Shown here one piece after another: positions 26,601-41,600 of a DNA stretch of 64,000 nucleotides. The first letter of the stretch is position 1. The number at the start of each line of letters is the position of its first letter. The stretch is from Phoronis australis (Eukaryota > Animalia > Phoronida). Below the pieces are notes generated by a model. It made no database searches and was not told the origin of the DNA. It saw only the letters and a program-made list of their open reading frames with translations. A program made the translations under genes and the position numbers. The stretch spans positions 38,697 through 102,696 of the forward strand of contig NMRA01000823.1 in NCBI GenBank assembly GCA_002633005.1. Reading direction: 5' to 3'.

Positions 26601-29600
26601 AAGATCAGGCGACATTTCCCTTTCTCCCACGATTTTGAAAGCATTATCATTGGCGCACGATGCCACTTTCGCATTCCTAATCCTCTTGCTTAATCACAGA
26701 AGATGGCTTTTTCTCCTCCGGCGCTAATCCACAATAGATTCCGACTGAAGGATTACTTACTCTACACCTACTAGAGAAGGTGTAAAAGACAGACGATGCC
26801 TGTTTCCTGTCGCTTCTGGGTATACTGTTGTCATACTATATGCAACTAAAAATCTCTGACATCCATATAAAACATCGCTTGTCAGTCTGTGAACAGCTTC
26901 AACTAGATTTCCCATTCAGCGCCTTGGCAGACAGCAGCCTAGGCTGTTGGCTTAACCGGGCCGCTCGTGTTATTTCTAATCTCCGCAATTGTTGACTGGA
27001 TTTTCATTACACATCCTCGGGCCATTCAATTTAATTTATCAATCGAGTGTTTTGAAAGTTCAATTCACAATAAGTCAATTTCTATTTGCTTATCTTGCAT
27101 AAGAAAAAACCTCGAAGTATCAAGTGTCAAAATAGTTCTCGGGTGATTGAATGGAATTATTCAACAATGTGGTTTCCGAGAACATTTCGCTTCCGTCCAC
27201 TACCAAAATACACGAAACAAGGCCAAGTCGCGACGACTAATATATTTGAATAAAACACTGTTCTGCTACAATAAATTCGACCTCTTCTTGAACGCATGTG
27301 GAAACCTTTTTGGTGATTATGTCAGTCACGTGTCAATGAATCGATGGGATTTGAAGTTAGCATTGTCGTTTGGAGCATTCGCAACGGGCCCTAATAGAGT
27401 TTGCATGTACACTTCCGTTCCTTGGCCGTCAAGAACACAGTCAGATATATTGACGCAGGCATGATTTAAGTGACACTCTCGTTTGACTCCGTTTAGAGAA
27501 CTCATTGAATTGTAAAAAGACACGGTGATGTAAAACCGCAATTTACCATGTTTTCGTTTAGCTTGCCCGCCATCTGCACCTCGTCTAGTTCCAAACAAAA
27601 ACTAAACCTTAGCAAGTGCTGGCAGTTTGCGATATCTGTTCTCAGAAGAATGTTTTGGTCATCGGATGGTTAATTAGCGCTTAATCGAGCTACCATAACA
27701 AATGCGAGCCTTCCTTAACTGACGTCAACTTTTTCAAGCATTTGGTGCTTATTTGTCGCTGGATCGTGCACAATTAAGAACAAAGTAACACGTCTAATTC
27801 CAAACATTTATCTTGAAATTATTGTATAGCAAATTTATTTTCCCAAAGGAATTGGCAAGACCTTAAAAAATATTTAAGCCATGTTTCAGCCTACCAACAA
27901 GAAAACTGCCACTAGATTACTCACATCTTTGAAGCAAAGTGATGTCTTCTAATCCTCGTTTACCTCAGCAGTTTAGAACACAATTGAAAACTTCTCATGT
28001 AAAACTTTGTGAAATGGAGAAGAGTGAGTAATATTTTGATGACTTATCTGATATCGGTGGTGAAGGCCCGCCTATCCGAAACCACAGATCTTCTTTGTGA
28101 TGCAGTGAGAGCAAATCTTATCCATTTTTACATGTATGTCTAAAGACGCGATTGCGAAGACATACATGTAAAGCGGAATGTAACTTTTCTTAAAGATAGG
28201 CTACAGCGCCCAAAACGCTATTTTGACACCAGAAACACGAATGTTTTTTTAAATAAAATATTGCTTTTGTTTCTTACCACAGGAAGTAATTAATTGCGAC
28301 GTAAATTACGTTTCGTGTTACGATGGAGATGCGATGAAAACAAAATTCGTTGTTTCGATGATGTCATAGGCTTCGATTTGTGCGAGCGCTATCTCAATTT
28401 TGGTGCTAAGTGGGGATCGTGATGAAGCTGCTTTATAGTAAAAGGCCTACTTAATTATGACCGGGGTTTGCTATGACAACGTATGTATTTTAGATATAAA
28501 AATAGCCATTTTAGCAGCATAGCAAGCCTTTGATCTAAAATCGTATAACAACAAACGAAAAGTGTACCACTGAAACGGAATTCTGTTTCCTCCTCGCCTT
28601 TAGATAACGTAAGAAATTGACCAGCGTTACCCGAAATAAAGAATTTATCAGACAAGCAACGCTCTTTGGATAATCAAAACTCGAACGCGTGGTGACGTCA
28701 CTTCCGCAGAAAACATCCACGCGCGTTTAGAAGGTGTGCAACACTATGGACGCTTTTTGAATGAAGCTGTGAAACATTATATAAGATCAGTCGGATTACT
28801 GTCACTTCATAGAAATGCAGTGATTGTTTTTACACGCTTGCTGGGCATAAGCGAACAATTTTTACATGACGAAGCGAACATCTTCCCCTGTCATTCGTAT
28901 CTCACATTCTGAAAAGACTCCTTATCAAACTAATCATTTCCGACCATTCCTCAATCCCCCATTGTGACCGCAGCTACGCAGATGTCATTACAAGCAAGGG
29001 GTACCAAAATGTGTCTCTTAAACACGTGCCTTGTTGACGCATTGAACATTATTATTAGCCTGTGATGACGACATCATTCGCCAAAATTCATTTACGCACA
29101 CTCGAAAATGTTACAAAAACAACCTCCTAGGTAAAATACCGGCTGGAATACGAAAAAAAATTATTCAATTTTTCTCCTTGACATGTTGTGTCGGAGACCC
29201 CCAGTACAATGGGGCATGTTGCAACAGTGAGCGTTTCAGCAAGGTGAATATGGACAATTTGGGACGCGTGATATAATATTTTTGGCCAATTGGTTCACAT
29301 TTTTGTCAAAGGTAATGTAACACAAACCAAAAATATGCATCTCTTAAAGCAACGATTCACTTGAATTAAGAAAAACACTACATATCGAGAAGACACTCCT
29401 CGAATTTGACAGTGACCCCTACGTTACATTAAGGGGCAACGAAGCGGCCTATTTATCTTTCTAATGGTTGCAAATATTTCCCCTGAGGGCGCGGATGACA
29501 ACTAATCCCCACGAAGACAACTGTACGCAGTTGGATCAAAGCAGCTACCGAACTATTTCAATAACATTGTCAGTACAATATTCAATAATAGTTTTAATAA

Positions 29601-32600
29601 ACATCCAGGTGCGATATGATCAGTTGATTGAGCGCAAGATGCTGGCCTCATCACAGATTTGGTGAGTAAGGGGTGACAAGTACTTTGGGTGACCTCACAC
29701 AGGGGAAGACAAGGTTTCATCTGAAATTTTCTTATTAAAATCCTTCAATAATTTGTATCCACTGTGCACTAGCACTGGTGTTAAGTTGCGGGCCGCCTGT
29801 CGTCATATAAGTTCGACGTACTTATTTAAAGTAATATCCACTACGATAACGTTTCACCAAGTTATGCGGAAGGTAAAACAAACTACTCACATATATCTAA
29901 AACTTTTCCAAACACATTGTTTTCGTCCACGGTACTACAGTTCCATCGGCTCGCTCTGAATTGCCATTGGCACTCACGGATGCCGAGTTCGGCTCCGATG
30001 GACACGCTGGCCATGTGGTCTTGATATCGACGACATATTTGCACCTGTTTAGCGGACAATCCGTCCAGCTGATTGCAAATAGGCTGCGTGCCAATGATGT
30101 AGAGGTGGGGGTTCCTCCAATAATCGAATCCTCGAGCTCCCAGATTCCTGCGGTTGAAAAACAATAGAGAGGCTTTAAGACACGATTACAACGTGAGTTG
30201 ATAGAGGATTGGAAGCATTTGAAGTTGAGTAAAAATCCCTCCAAGTGCTTTCATTAGACGCAAGAGGTCGCAATTTAATCATAACCTCGATAACCTTACA
30301 GACACCTTGGAGCTTACATAAACCACCATCGCTGATCGAGTAAAAAAAGGTTATCAGTTAGAGTGGGCACTATTGCGATTAGTAAAACTGTCCATTTAAC
30401 CAATCTTGGTACAAATGACACCTCTCACATAGCTGCTTTATTAAGCAAAGGTCTTATTTCCCGTCTGCTGTTCAAAACGATTGAGAGTGGTCGAGGATAA
30501 AGTGCAAGAGCACTCTTGCAGCTAGAAAAATCGAGCCAAAATCACATGTTCTCATTTAAAATACATGACAATATCTCGCGTAGTCTCTCGAACTCTTGCT
30601 TTTCTAATGTCCTAATGTTCTAATGTTCTAATGTCTTAACACTACCCAGAATCCTCCACGAGTGCTCCAAACATCAAACAATGGACCTTCTAGTAACTGC
30701 AGTCGCTGATGCAAGACTCGTGAATTTCATTACTTATTATTTGAAATCACGCAACAATTACAAGTAGACAATAAGACAAAAAAGAAAATCAAAGAAAGTA
30801 AACGGACAAGTGATACATGGAACATAAAAAGTCAGCGACTAATTTTCATTGTGGCCCCAAGGAGTGTATTTTATATTTTTCTTTAATAATGTGCAATTTC
30901 AATCTACTCAACTCTAACAACAAAGCAGAATATCGATAAAAAATATCAGAACACTGTAGAAATGATTCAACTATTTGGTGTGCACAACTTGGTGCACGTC
31001 ACCGCAACGCCCAAACAGCTGGATCCATCAAGACTCGTTACTGAACCATCATATCATCGCGCAGGGCACTTGAGGTGCGGCACCGAAATAGTGTCATGAA
31101 AGACACGCGGGGTCAGTTTGAACCCCTGAGTTGACTAATGTGAACCGAGTGGAACTCTGAGTTGTAAATTATACCTATAAATGTTGACGGGGTTATTTGA
31201 GTCAAAACGCAACTCGTGGCAAGCGCACTTGGTTTTTGTTTATAATCAAGTCAACAGTTTAAAAGTACGTGTACATGAAAAAGCGTAGGCCATTTCCTCT
31301 TGGAACATAAGCCCAAAGAGAAATGATTTTTCTTTTCAACTTTGCGATGCAAATATGCTAAACCCAAGCAAGCAATAAAAGTGTATTTCAAACATTGTGT
31401 AATATACATATGTTTCCATGGACATCTTCTTGGATTTACAGCTTCCACGTAATCTTCAAGTGAAAGTTTTAACACCTGTTTTGCAGACAATTGGCAGTTT
31501 TAATTTTATTTAATCTGGTTACTGAATTTCACACCCCTGGTTTCATAAGCAATTGCTCAAGATGGCGTCTTTGTCCGGACACCAGTCAAGGTTCAATGTC
31601 AACCTCGTGCTCGCCACCTTGATAAAATTAGATGGAATGTGATCTAAAAATAGAAAATGCTTTATCCACTTAGGAAATGAACAGTGTAACTTCACAAGAA
31701 CGGAAAAATTAAGTTGATAAACACAACAAATATTACTTAATTATAAGCTATGTGTCATTGTGCATTATGGGTGCTTCCGGTGCATGGCGTTTGGATGAAA
31801 ACGGTATTTTTTTTCTCTAGGTGCATCTGGACTCGGGTGATAACGACATCGGGTGACGGTTTCAGAAACTATTGTATCAACTGATATACTATTGTGAATA
31901 GATCAGCTTCGTGACAATCGGTAAAATACCAACTTTAATTTGAGAACGTCTGTCAAAAAAGGTCACAAGCGTCATTCACGACTACCCGCTATGTGACCTG
32001 AGCTCAAAATGCTACCGAAATGATTTAAGGATTCATTTTAGGGGCGCTGGGGCGGAAACTAACTTTACTCCGTCGGGTGCGATCATGTCCTGTTGGTATA
32101 GTGTATAGTGTCAGTAGTTGCTAAATCAATGTTCAGTTTTGATACAAATTTATTCTGCTCTGTCGATACCTAGCATCTTTTCTGCTGGTGATGTAACACT
32201 CCAGGGTCAACATAGGTATCGAAAAGTCAACACCTATTAACACCTTTGGCGAATTTTGACTAAAATAGGGGTATTATCTAAAAGGCTAAATATTGAAGTC
32301 GTTTATTAAAACAGCCAACGATGTGTTTCTCATATTGTGTCCGTGTTTATTATGTTACCGTATTCCACTTCAGCGCTTATCAGTGTTTTTTTTTTACCCA
32401 CGCCAGGTGATAATTCTATCAAGCGGTTTCGACCTGTATCTTTGATACGAACTGTGATTTCTTTGTACACATTTAGGCGGTTCATTAAACACGCGCTACA
32501 GATATCTTGAAATAATGAACGATGTTCACCGAGAGTATCTTCCTATCAACATGAAGCTAGCGAGAGCTAAAACACTTGTATGTTTGGAGCGCACCAGTTT

Positions 32601-35600
32601 CGTGTAAACGGCATATCTTAAACGTTGCTGGAAAGCGTCGGGGTGAAATCTCATTGGCGGCAGAGGGAAAGAAATTTGACGACGACTGTAAGGGGAAAAT
32701 TGTGTGACACCTGGTGGAGTGTGCGAAACCAGGTGCTAAATGGGAGCTGAGAAGTTAAATTTCCCTTTCTAAATACCTGTTATTTTCAAGAAAAGTTTCG
32801 TTGGCGATATTCTCACAATCCATTGCGTAGATGCAACTGCACGCGTCTATCCGAAACTTGGGGCACGCCCTGTGTACTCAAAACTACAGCACCTACGATC
32901 ACGTGCTCACTAGCAATGCATGGTGATATCTTGCGACGCCTTGCGTGCCGTACTGTAGTGGGGCGTGGGCGCACGTAGGCGCAGCCAACCACCTTTTGGC
33001 ATTTGAACGTAGCGCCTACGCACTGTAAGTTACGTTCAGTTCTCAAGGTGATACGGTGGGCTTTGGGCGCCTACTACCGTCTAATTTTACCACTACAGCA
33101 CTGCTTGCGTGATCTCACATTCTAACAAGACACTTCCTCTGAGGAACGGCATCCCAAGTTAATAGGGGACAGCCTGTTTTCTCACGTGATTTTATCCACG
33201 AGCGCTAGGTCGAAATACATTTCAATTTTGCGTTTGCACGTCTGTCTAATCCGCTCGCTCCCCCCTCCCCCACCCATCCCTCCACGTTCACTGAACTGTG
33301 GTCCCTGGGTTGCCGCTCATTTCAGAAAACGTTTTCAATACCCAAGCGAGCTTTAGGGAATAATTGACAAATAAAAAGAGTAACACGATGTTGCAGGGTA
33401 GGATGGGAGTGACCAAAAGGTAAATTATGGTAAGCCTGTACAAAATACAAATTCAATCACTAGCTTATCACGTGAGTAGAGAGAGTTGGCTATCTCTTCC
33501 ACGATTTGCTCGTTTCTTGTCAATCACAGGACATCTCTAGAGCTTAGTTGATTGTAAACCCAATTGCATTCTATGCGTTGGCGCTTGAAAAAACGTGTTG
33601 TACCTCAACGTTACCAAGTACCCTAAGGTTATCAGGTACCCTATAACAATGTTCAAATTTACCTTCCTTTGGATTCATTTGAAAACTTTCAGATGCTATG
33701 TTTTATGAAGTTTTCTAATAAGCTGTTAGGAATTGCTTTTAAAAGGTTCCACTTTTGCACGAGGGTACTTTTACGATTTTCATGAAAAAGTCAAAAGTTG
33801 CACAAAACGAAATCCAAATAATAATTTAGATGATGTACCACAGAAAGCATCAGGCCACTTGTCTATTTTTGCCGTCCTCTTTAATGAATGTTGGGTTTCA
33901 GAATGAATGGATTACCGTCTTGTTCTCTTGTTCGTTTGGCCAAGGACATAGGTGGTCAGTGAACCTTATAACTGTTCTAATTGTGTTGCTATAAATTAGT
34001 ACTTTTCCTCTTAGCCCATGCCCAGAATAACGGATTGTGGGAAATATGCACGTCAGCGCTCATTGGGTAACACTGAGTAGTTAGGTTGTAGGCGAGGGAA
34101 TCTTGTTGTGCCAAGAATTTAAATAAACATGACCGACGCAACACTGAAAAAATGGGGGCTAAAGCCTCCTCAGCCCGCTGTGATGCATCGCCTATAGAAC
34201 ATGTGCGGCGTAGCATTGAAAAAAGTGGGGCTATAGCCCCCCTCCCCTCAGCCCCCTATGGTGCGCCGCCCATGATAAAGGGTGTGTGTTAGGTTTGGCG
34301 CCTGTTTTGAAGAATGCGTTGAAATTATTTCAAGGAAACCGGTTTGCTTGTCCTTTTGAAAGAGAAAAGTCAAGTTTTGAAGCAAAATGGTGGCTGCAGG
34401 TTGCTTTCGGTCCCTGTCGTGTGTTGTCTGAGAAACCGGGTGCGAATTCAGGTGGCTGTCAAACAGTTCAATCTTGCCAAGCGGGCAGCTGGTAAAGGGG
34501 GTTACTATGGTCACATTTTTTAGAATCTAGAGGGAACGAGCATTCTGGATCTGTAGTCAGATTTCATGTACCACTTGCAAGGAAGTGGTAATTTTGGGGA
34601 GAAAACAGTCAAATTTTGGGGTTAATTGGTCCCACTTTGGTATGAGAATGCTACAAAACCTTTTGTTTACCCTGTACTAACTGTAGTGTGCTACTTAGGG
34701 CCTCGTTGGTTCCTTGCGTGCCACTAGGTGGTAGCCAGTACGCAGGTGTCACTTAATTTTCCTTGGCATTTATTTTTACACCGGCGTTTCTGATTGGCTG
34801 GTCAAATTCTCAGCAGGCAGTGCTTTACGCAAACAAAGTGGCATGGCTGATGGAGGAAGTGTAAATGTGGTCTGTTCTACAGACAAATCGGTGGTTAAAA
34901 TTCATGTTCAAGAAATGTGAATCCCAGAAAATTATGGTCGCCTCTTTTCGGAGTGCATCTTTCTACTGTCGCTGACTTTTGGTTAAGTTGCTGTCCTGTA
35001 TTCATACATTATGAATAACATTATTTAAATCGGCCAGATGACGGCGTATTTTTTGTACATGTAGTTGCTGCTACGCCACTTGCATGGCAAGGATAAAGAT
35101 CGTTTATAGTCCACCATTTTCTCATGTGTAAAGCTACCCAATGACTGCGGAGGTTACATCAACCAATGATAAAGCGTGTGCTACTGCCTGCAACCTGCGT
35201 GCTGGCTACCACCTAACTGCACGCAGGGAACCAGCGAGACTTAGGGGCTACCAACTACTTGCGCGTACAAGTCTTTGCCCTTAAAAGGCATGCGCAAGAA
35301 GAAACATAGAGAGGTCTATGATCAGAGGTTGTCGTCATTGTATGGGTGCGATGCTTTAATGCAAGTCAGAGAGTGGTCCAGGGGTACTAAAACACATATC
35401 CGGCCATAAATCAAACATTCAAATAAAAGTGACAAGTCATTATACGTTTTCCCTGCTCATGATGGGCCCGCGGTGCGAAACACACGGTGTGGTAATTTTG
35501 AATCGACTTGAACAAATAAGGCTGAATCAAATTCTTTTCGGAGAATTTAATTAAAAGTGCTGGTAGTTGCTCGCACAGGACAATGCAATAGACATGTCTC

Positions 35601-38600
35601 CGTCTGTGGTACAGCTGTATTAGCATTAAAATTACGAGAGAGAGGACTCGGCGTCTCTTCAAACATTAATAAGAACATAAATTAAACGGTTTAATAAAAA
35701 TTGACATCAGCGATTACCTCTTCCAAGTTCAAGAAACTCCGTATTCCCCATCGCTCGAATTCACCATCAGGCAAAATTTGCCGTTGTAATGGCGCTATAA
35801 AAAATGCTCGAGAGCTAGATTTCAGAGTATTTAAAGATCACGGGGTAGGTCAAACTTGATGATCGAATAAATAAACATTTAGAGAGCTATCGATAACGCT
35901 TTAATTTGTTTGGTGGAGCGTTCATAAAACAATGCCATTAAATAGCTATGATAGACCCTGGCTGAGGTTCACCTATTCCGAGCAGAGGTTGCTAACATTG
36001 CACAAGTCCTTGAGTAAATTTACTCACCCCCTTGGAACAAGAAGCGCTGGGAAGAGAGTCAGGCCTTGACAGTATTGAGACAGGGAAGGATATCGGATCT
36101 GTTCTAATGGGGGCTGAAAATCCATCACTTGTTCTTAAAGTTGTGCACGAGATCGTTATCACTCATATCGATAACATTTTATAGCCAACATTATACAATT
36201 TAATTGACTTGGCGTCTATAAATCAGGAGAGTCTCATCGAATGCTAATTTTCACATTTAGGGGAGCAAAACACAGTGATTTCGGACGAAGTTTTACTTCT
36301 TCATGGTTTCAGCTTCCTCGTCACTTGATAGAATTGTGCACAGAAGCAGAGGTGTATAAACTGCTAAACAATTGTAAAATCTTTGTCCAAAGTTGAATAG
36401 CTTTGGAACATCATGTGCAGTCAGAAATGGATAGCCGGATTGAGTGAAAATAGTTCAGATACTATGTTTATGTTTTAATGTCCCGCTTTTGCACGTGTGT
36501 TTTTTTAGTATCGTTTGCATAAAATGAAAACGAATTGATAATTTAGAACAATGTATCAGCGTTCTTGAATTTCTTGTTGATGACTTATCATATCTGAATC
36601 GGTTTAATGCCAAAAATCCAATTCTGGAGTATTTATATATTCAGAAAATACACTTTCAATGAGTAGATATTAGGCTACATATACACACTTGTAAGTCAGG
36701 TACAACATACACTTAGTGGATATGTTTGTGTTGCTAGCTTTTGAAAAGCGTACTTCACAAACATGGGCGGCGCAGCACTGAAATAAGGGGAGGGGGACTA
36801 TAGCACCCACAGCCCCCTTTAGTGCGCCACCCATGGACTATGGGCGGCGTAGCACTGAAATAAGTGGGGGGGGGCTATACACTGTAGCCTCCCCAGTCCC
36901 TTATGATGCGGCACCTATGACAAAAAGAGAAGATGCACAGGTTTCAAAACGAGTAGGGTGTAGACCAGGGCTGCGTTCCGTAGACGCAAGAATTTCTCAA
37001 ATCAGGCGGTAACTCGAGAGGTCTTGCGTGTTCGTGAGATTCTTCCGTCTACGGAACGCAGCCCAGAATCGATTATGCAATTTTTGACCTTATACTCCAA
37101 ATAGTCATTAACTGAAATGGGTAGGTGTCATCGCGTTGCGATTGTCAGGTGATATACGTCAGGTTTTAGTGCACAACTGTAGCGTGCGACTAATATCGAA
37201 GTGAATGCTTGTACAATAGCACATTTTAAAATCAAAAGGCGTATGCAAGTTGTCATGTGTTATGAAGCGCATCTTCTGAGACGTAAGAATTTCGCGAAGG
37301 TGCCGGGCTAGTGTGATCACGTGCTTCGCTCGGGATATCTCGTTCGGTTTTTCTCGAGGTTCTCGACTTCTCGTCGAGGGAAATTTCGTTTACTGCAATG
37401 GGACCGCTGCATAAATTTTGATTTTCGTGTACGACTTCGCATAGGAATTAGGAAACGAACATTCTTGTTTCTGTCTGTGAATTTAAGGAAAATCCAGTCA
37501 TAACTCGACGTATACATTGTATATGTAAGACGCCGTCGGGATATGACAGTGCAAGCGAATACCAAAGCTTTTAAAAGGATGCAAAAATTTCTTTTGTATA
37601 TTCCACCCAAAACTGGTTATGTCGCCTGGTACTGTATTCCCCTCATCCCGAACCCCACACAGTCTAAAATTTCCATCTTGCTAACTAGATTTTCTCTTAT
37701 CAGGACCTTGTAGAAGGCCGGTTGTATCAATGAATATGTTTTATCCTGAATAAACATCATTCTCCCTCTCTATATCATCGGACTTTAAAGTCATCTGCTC
37801 ATCTGAAAACTCCAGTCATACGACCAACCTTTCTCCAGTTTTAAGTCACATGGCTTGCCGCACGACTGAAGTTTGCGCGTGCGCATATTACGTTCAGCTC
37901 CGAGGAGAAATTTGAGGCAACGAAAATACTCGATGTGTTCCGAAAGGCATTCCCCTCAGATACACTGTATAAAAACGTTTCCCTCAGTGTTTGTCACGTT
38001 ACACGATTTAGCATTCTTTGCAAGGAGTTTTCAAACTGGACCCAAGACTTAACCGAAAATTGGCGATGCGTTGAATGGTCAACTGTCGTTAAACTCTATT
38101 AACAGAGCAAAACATGGTTTAGAAGGCTCCTAAATGAGGTCAAATGAGACAAGTTTCAGTCCATACAAACATTCTAACCCAAGGACCATAAGAGTGGCTA
38201 ATTTTGTCGCCGTTGCCCGTTGTTTGAGACCAAGCATAGGCGCAATAATACCGTAAGCGAATTAAATTGTTTCAGACCAAGCTACGTTGTCTGAGACAAC
38301 ATGATTCGTAGAAAAAACGGTGTACGCGCTTCGGATTTTACAACATAAAATGTTTCTTAAGAAGTTTGAATGCGGCTTCTCCGTCATCAGTTCCGCGTCC
38401 TTTTATTTCAACGGAGAATTTGTCTTGTCTGTTGTAAATTACAGCCCTGAATATACAAGGTTTAATTTACCATAGACTTTCTAAGTTGATAAAGGGTGCA
38501 GTTCAGAGGTATTCAAATGTGCCGTTCATTTTGGTGACGAACCTCATAAATTTGAAACTAAGATTTCTTTATTAATTGCATCCTATTAAATGTGAAAAAC

Positions 38601-41600
38601 GATGTTGAACGATAATCCCTGGAGAACAACTTTTGACTAAATGGGCCAAAATTCGTTTATGTAGTTCCTAAGATTGAAGATGCAGAAGACAAAAGTTTGA
38701 CTTACGAACTCCAACGCAAAAATGACATCGGAGCTTTTATAGAACGCGCGTATTTACAATTTTGTGAATTGTTCTGACAGTTTAACGCCCGCGAACATTA
38801 ACCCCAATTCGGGTGCCTCTCAATGACCATTGCCAGGTTAAAGTTAAATCCATCGCCGGCGAAGTGTTTGTTCTGCCAGACTGAAGACACGTCGGTCATA
38901 GCAGCTATTGTGCAAAGTCATGGGCAGAATTTTTTACTTCAAAATACTAAAGTATTCATTAATCCGCATGAGCCCTTCCATATCGGTCCAACAAGAATGC
39001 CTAAGTAGCGAATACCTGTTATTAAATTTTTGAGTGGCATTTAGCCGTCTACACTATGCAATCCACATTAGAGCTAATTAAATCAATTTTCCAGTACAAT
39101 TTGTCAAAACCTTCACGCTAAGAGAGGTAATAACGTGTATTATTCCGCGGTCTCGTTTGGCCAGAGTGTTTTGCCAGGTTGTGTTTTGCGTTAGGTTGAA
39201 TGGCTCGTTAAAGTTCACTAATTTTGATGACTTTCTGATTGAGACAAGCCATAAAATTATCATTGAATAACGAATTGTTAATCGGAATCACAGGTAGATG
39301 CACTGGAGAAGACGATGCCCTTGCATCGTCTTTCTTGAAAACAGACTGCATTCACAGATTGTTCTTGTAAATTGTTTCACATTAGAGCAAAAATAATATT
39401 ACATGAAATTTAATATGCTCACAACACAAGAGACAAATTTCGCAGTATTGTGAATAAATCTGAATCACACATTTTGCACGGAAGCATAAACTAACGAACT
39501 TAATTGGCTGTAAAAGTGGTTCTCAAGAATTCTAACGAGGCTGGTCTCTTGCATTCGGAGCGCGCAATAAAATTTCGCTGAAGTATAATACAAATATTTG
39601 ATCGGTAATTTTGGAGACAAACCCCAAAGTTTGAAATTAGGTCATGTTATTTTTGGCACCCTACCATGGGATCGGTGAGACGCTGGGAACTTGTCTACAA
39701 AAAGCTACACCTCAGAATGGAAACATGAGCAGGAGAGTGTAGACATTTTTCCACGGCACACAGGAACCGACACTGAACGACTGAAGGCCAATAACAACAC
39801 GTTCTACCACATAAAATCTTGCATATAATAAGCTGAGTAGCTTGGAATGTCCTTTTGAATTCCCGTCACCACACGTTGAAAGCCTATCCTAGCTTTATTG
39901 TAAAATTTCACGAATATGTCAGAAAATTTGCGTGACATATTTTGTTCGAATCAGTAATTTCACTCCGTCCGCCATTGAGCATCGCTGCGTGCCCGCTATC
40001 AGCCAAATTTATCGAATCTCCTTAGTCTAATTAGAAACGACAGTGAACGTTCGGCTCAGTGAGGAGTTACGGCATGAGCAACGATGAGGCCGGAAAAGTG
40101 GTCAATGCTAAACGCCTATCCCACCGAGGAGGAACATTTAAATACAAATGAAAACAACGCGCTTTAGTAGTTTTCAATAACAAACAGGTCTTTAAAATTC
40201 GTGGATGAGTAGATGAAAGCCGAACTTGGAAATTTTATTCTGTGCAATACGAAAGCACGCGACATGTGATGTAGGGTAGAACATAAGACTAGAGATTGGG
40301 AAATCGACTGAATGTAGAAACAAGTTTGGCGAAACAAGCTTCAGAAATTCTCAAGATAATCTACGCCAGGATTTGAGATCAGACGCTAAATTTAACATCG
40401 TTTTTTTTTTTCTTTTAGTTGGTTTCAGATATGCCTAGCCAAGTTCAGGGGATATAAAGAACGGTACTACTAATTATTTACTTTTAGCTAAAACGAAAAC
40501 GTTACGTCGTATCTTCTAAATACGATGGACGAACGGTAGAGACAAAAACGCTTTGCGATGGCATAACGCGTTTCATATCTTGGCAAAGTTACGTTCCGTG
40601 AGTTGACGTAATTTCATCGTTATGGTCTTACATATTGTGACAGGGGACCTAACAGTTTACAAAAGACGTATTCAGTCGTTGTTATGTTAGACCGTGGCCC
40701 TAATCAGATGTGTGTATTTGTTCGACGCGCTCTTTGACTTTCTTTTCCAACAAATAGAAACTATTGCACATTCGCATTCACCGCGTCGTGGAAAAGAAAT
40801 AGTATATTTCTATAGATGGATCAAAGGGAGTTTCTTCACCTATGTTGTTCTAACCCATTGTGCGTAAATATTCATTTGCAAATGGATCGTTCGTGATGAT
40901 GTGTACTGTGCGACGCAAATACGAGAAGCGCTGTTACGCGACTTAGAACAGCGTGTTCACTTCTGTGAATTTTACGGGTCAAATCGTTCGTCTGTTGAAA
41001 ACCACAGGTTTGCCCAGTGTGTAAGACCCTAAACCGGTGTTACGTAAATTTCCGCATGGATGTATTTTCTAGCAAATATTTCGATTGGTAGAGTATTCTA
41101 GCGTAAATGTGCTTAGACATTTCCATTGAGCGCATAAAGAAAAGTGCATTTTGTTGACAGATTACATTATTAATCGCACGACCGTCTGTCATGTGTATCT
41201 CCCACCGCGCTTAGGTAGACTACACTTTTGTTCAGTACACCGCAGAATTGCCTATTGCGATAATAGGTGGTTTGTCCCAACAGAGGCACAGAGAGACCGT
41301 TTCACCGTACAAAAATATAAAACAAAAAGAGATTCAAATATTTATGCTACGGTTAAAACAACAAATTGCTCAAAATCTAAGCCATTTATCAGGTAACTAA
41401 ACACAGACTGATCTAATCACAAAAACTAACATATAGATTAAAGAATTAATGACCGCAAATTTGAGTGGGTATTAGGTGGACGGTTGTATTCTGCCGTGAG
41501 GTGGTCTACGGCCCGCAAGTCTTAAACGTGTTCAGGAGGACTGCCTACAACACCACAAAACGTTTAGCTAACAATCACGAAGTCGAAATCCTATCAACGT

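Noticed and set aside
30602-30637. (ttctaatg)n short repeat, and the gccataaaggaaggg duplication at ~1213-1245
   Set aside because: Ordinary slippage-type micro-duplications with no associated feature.
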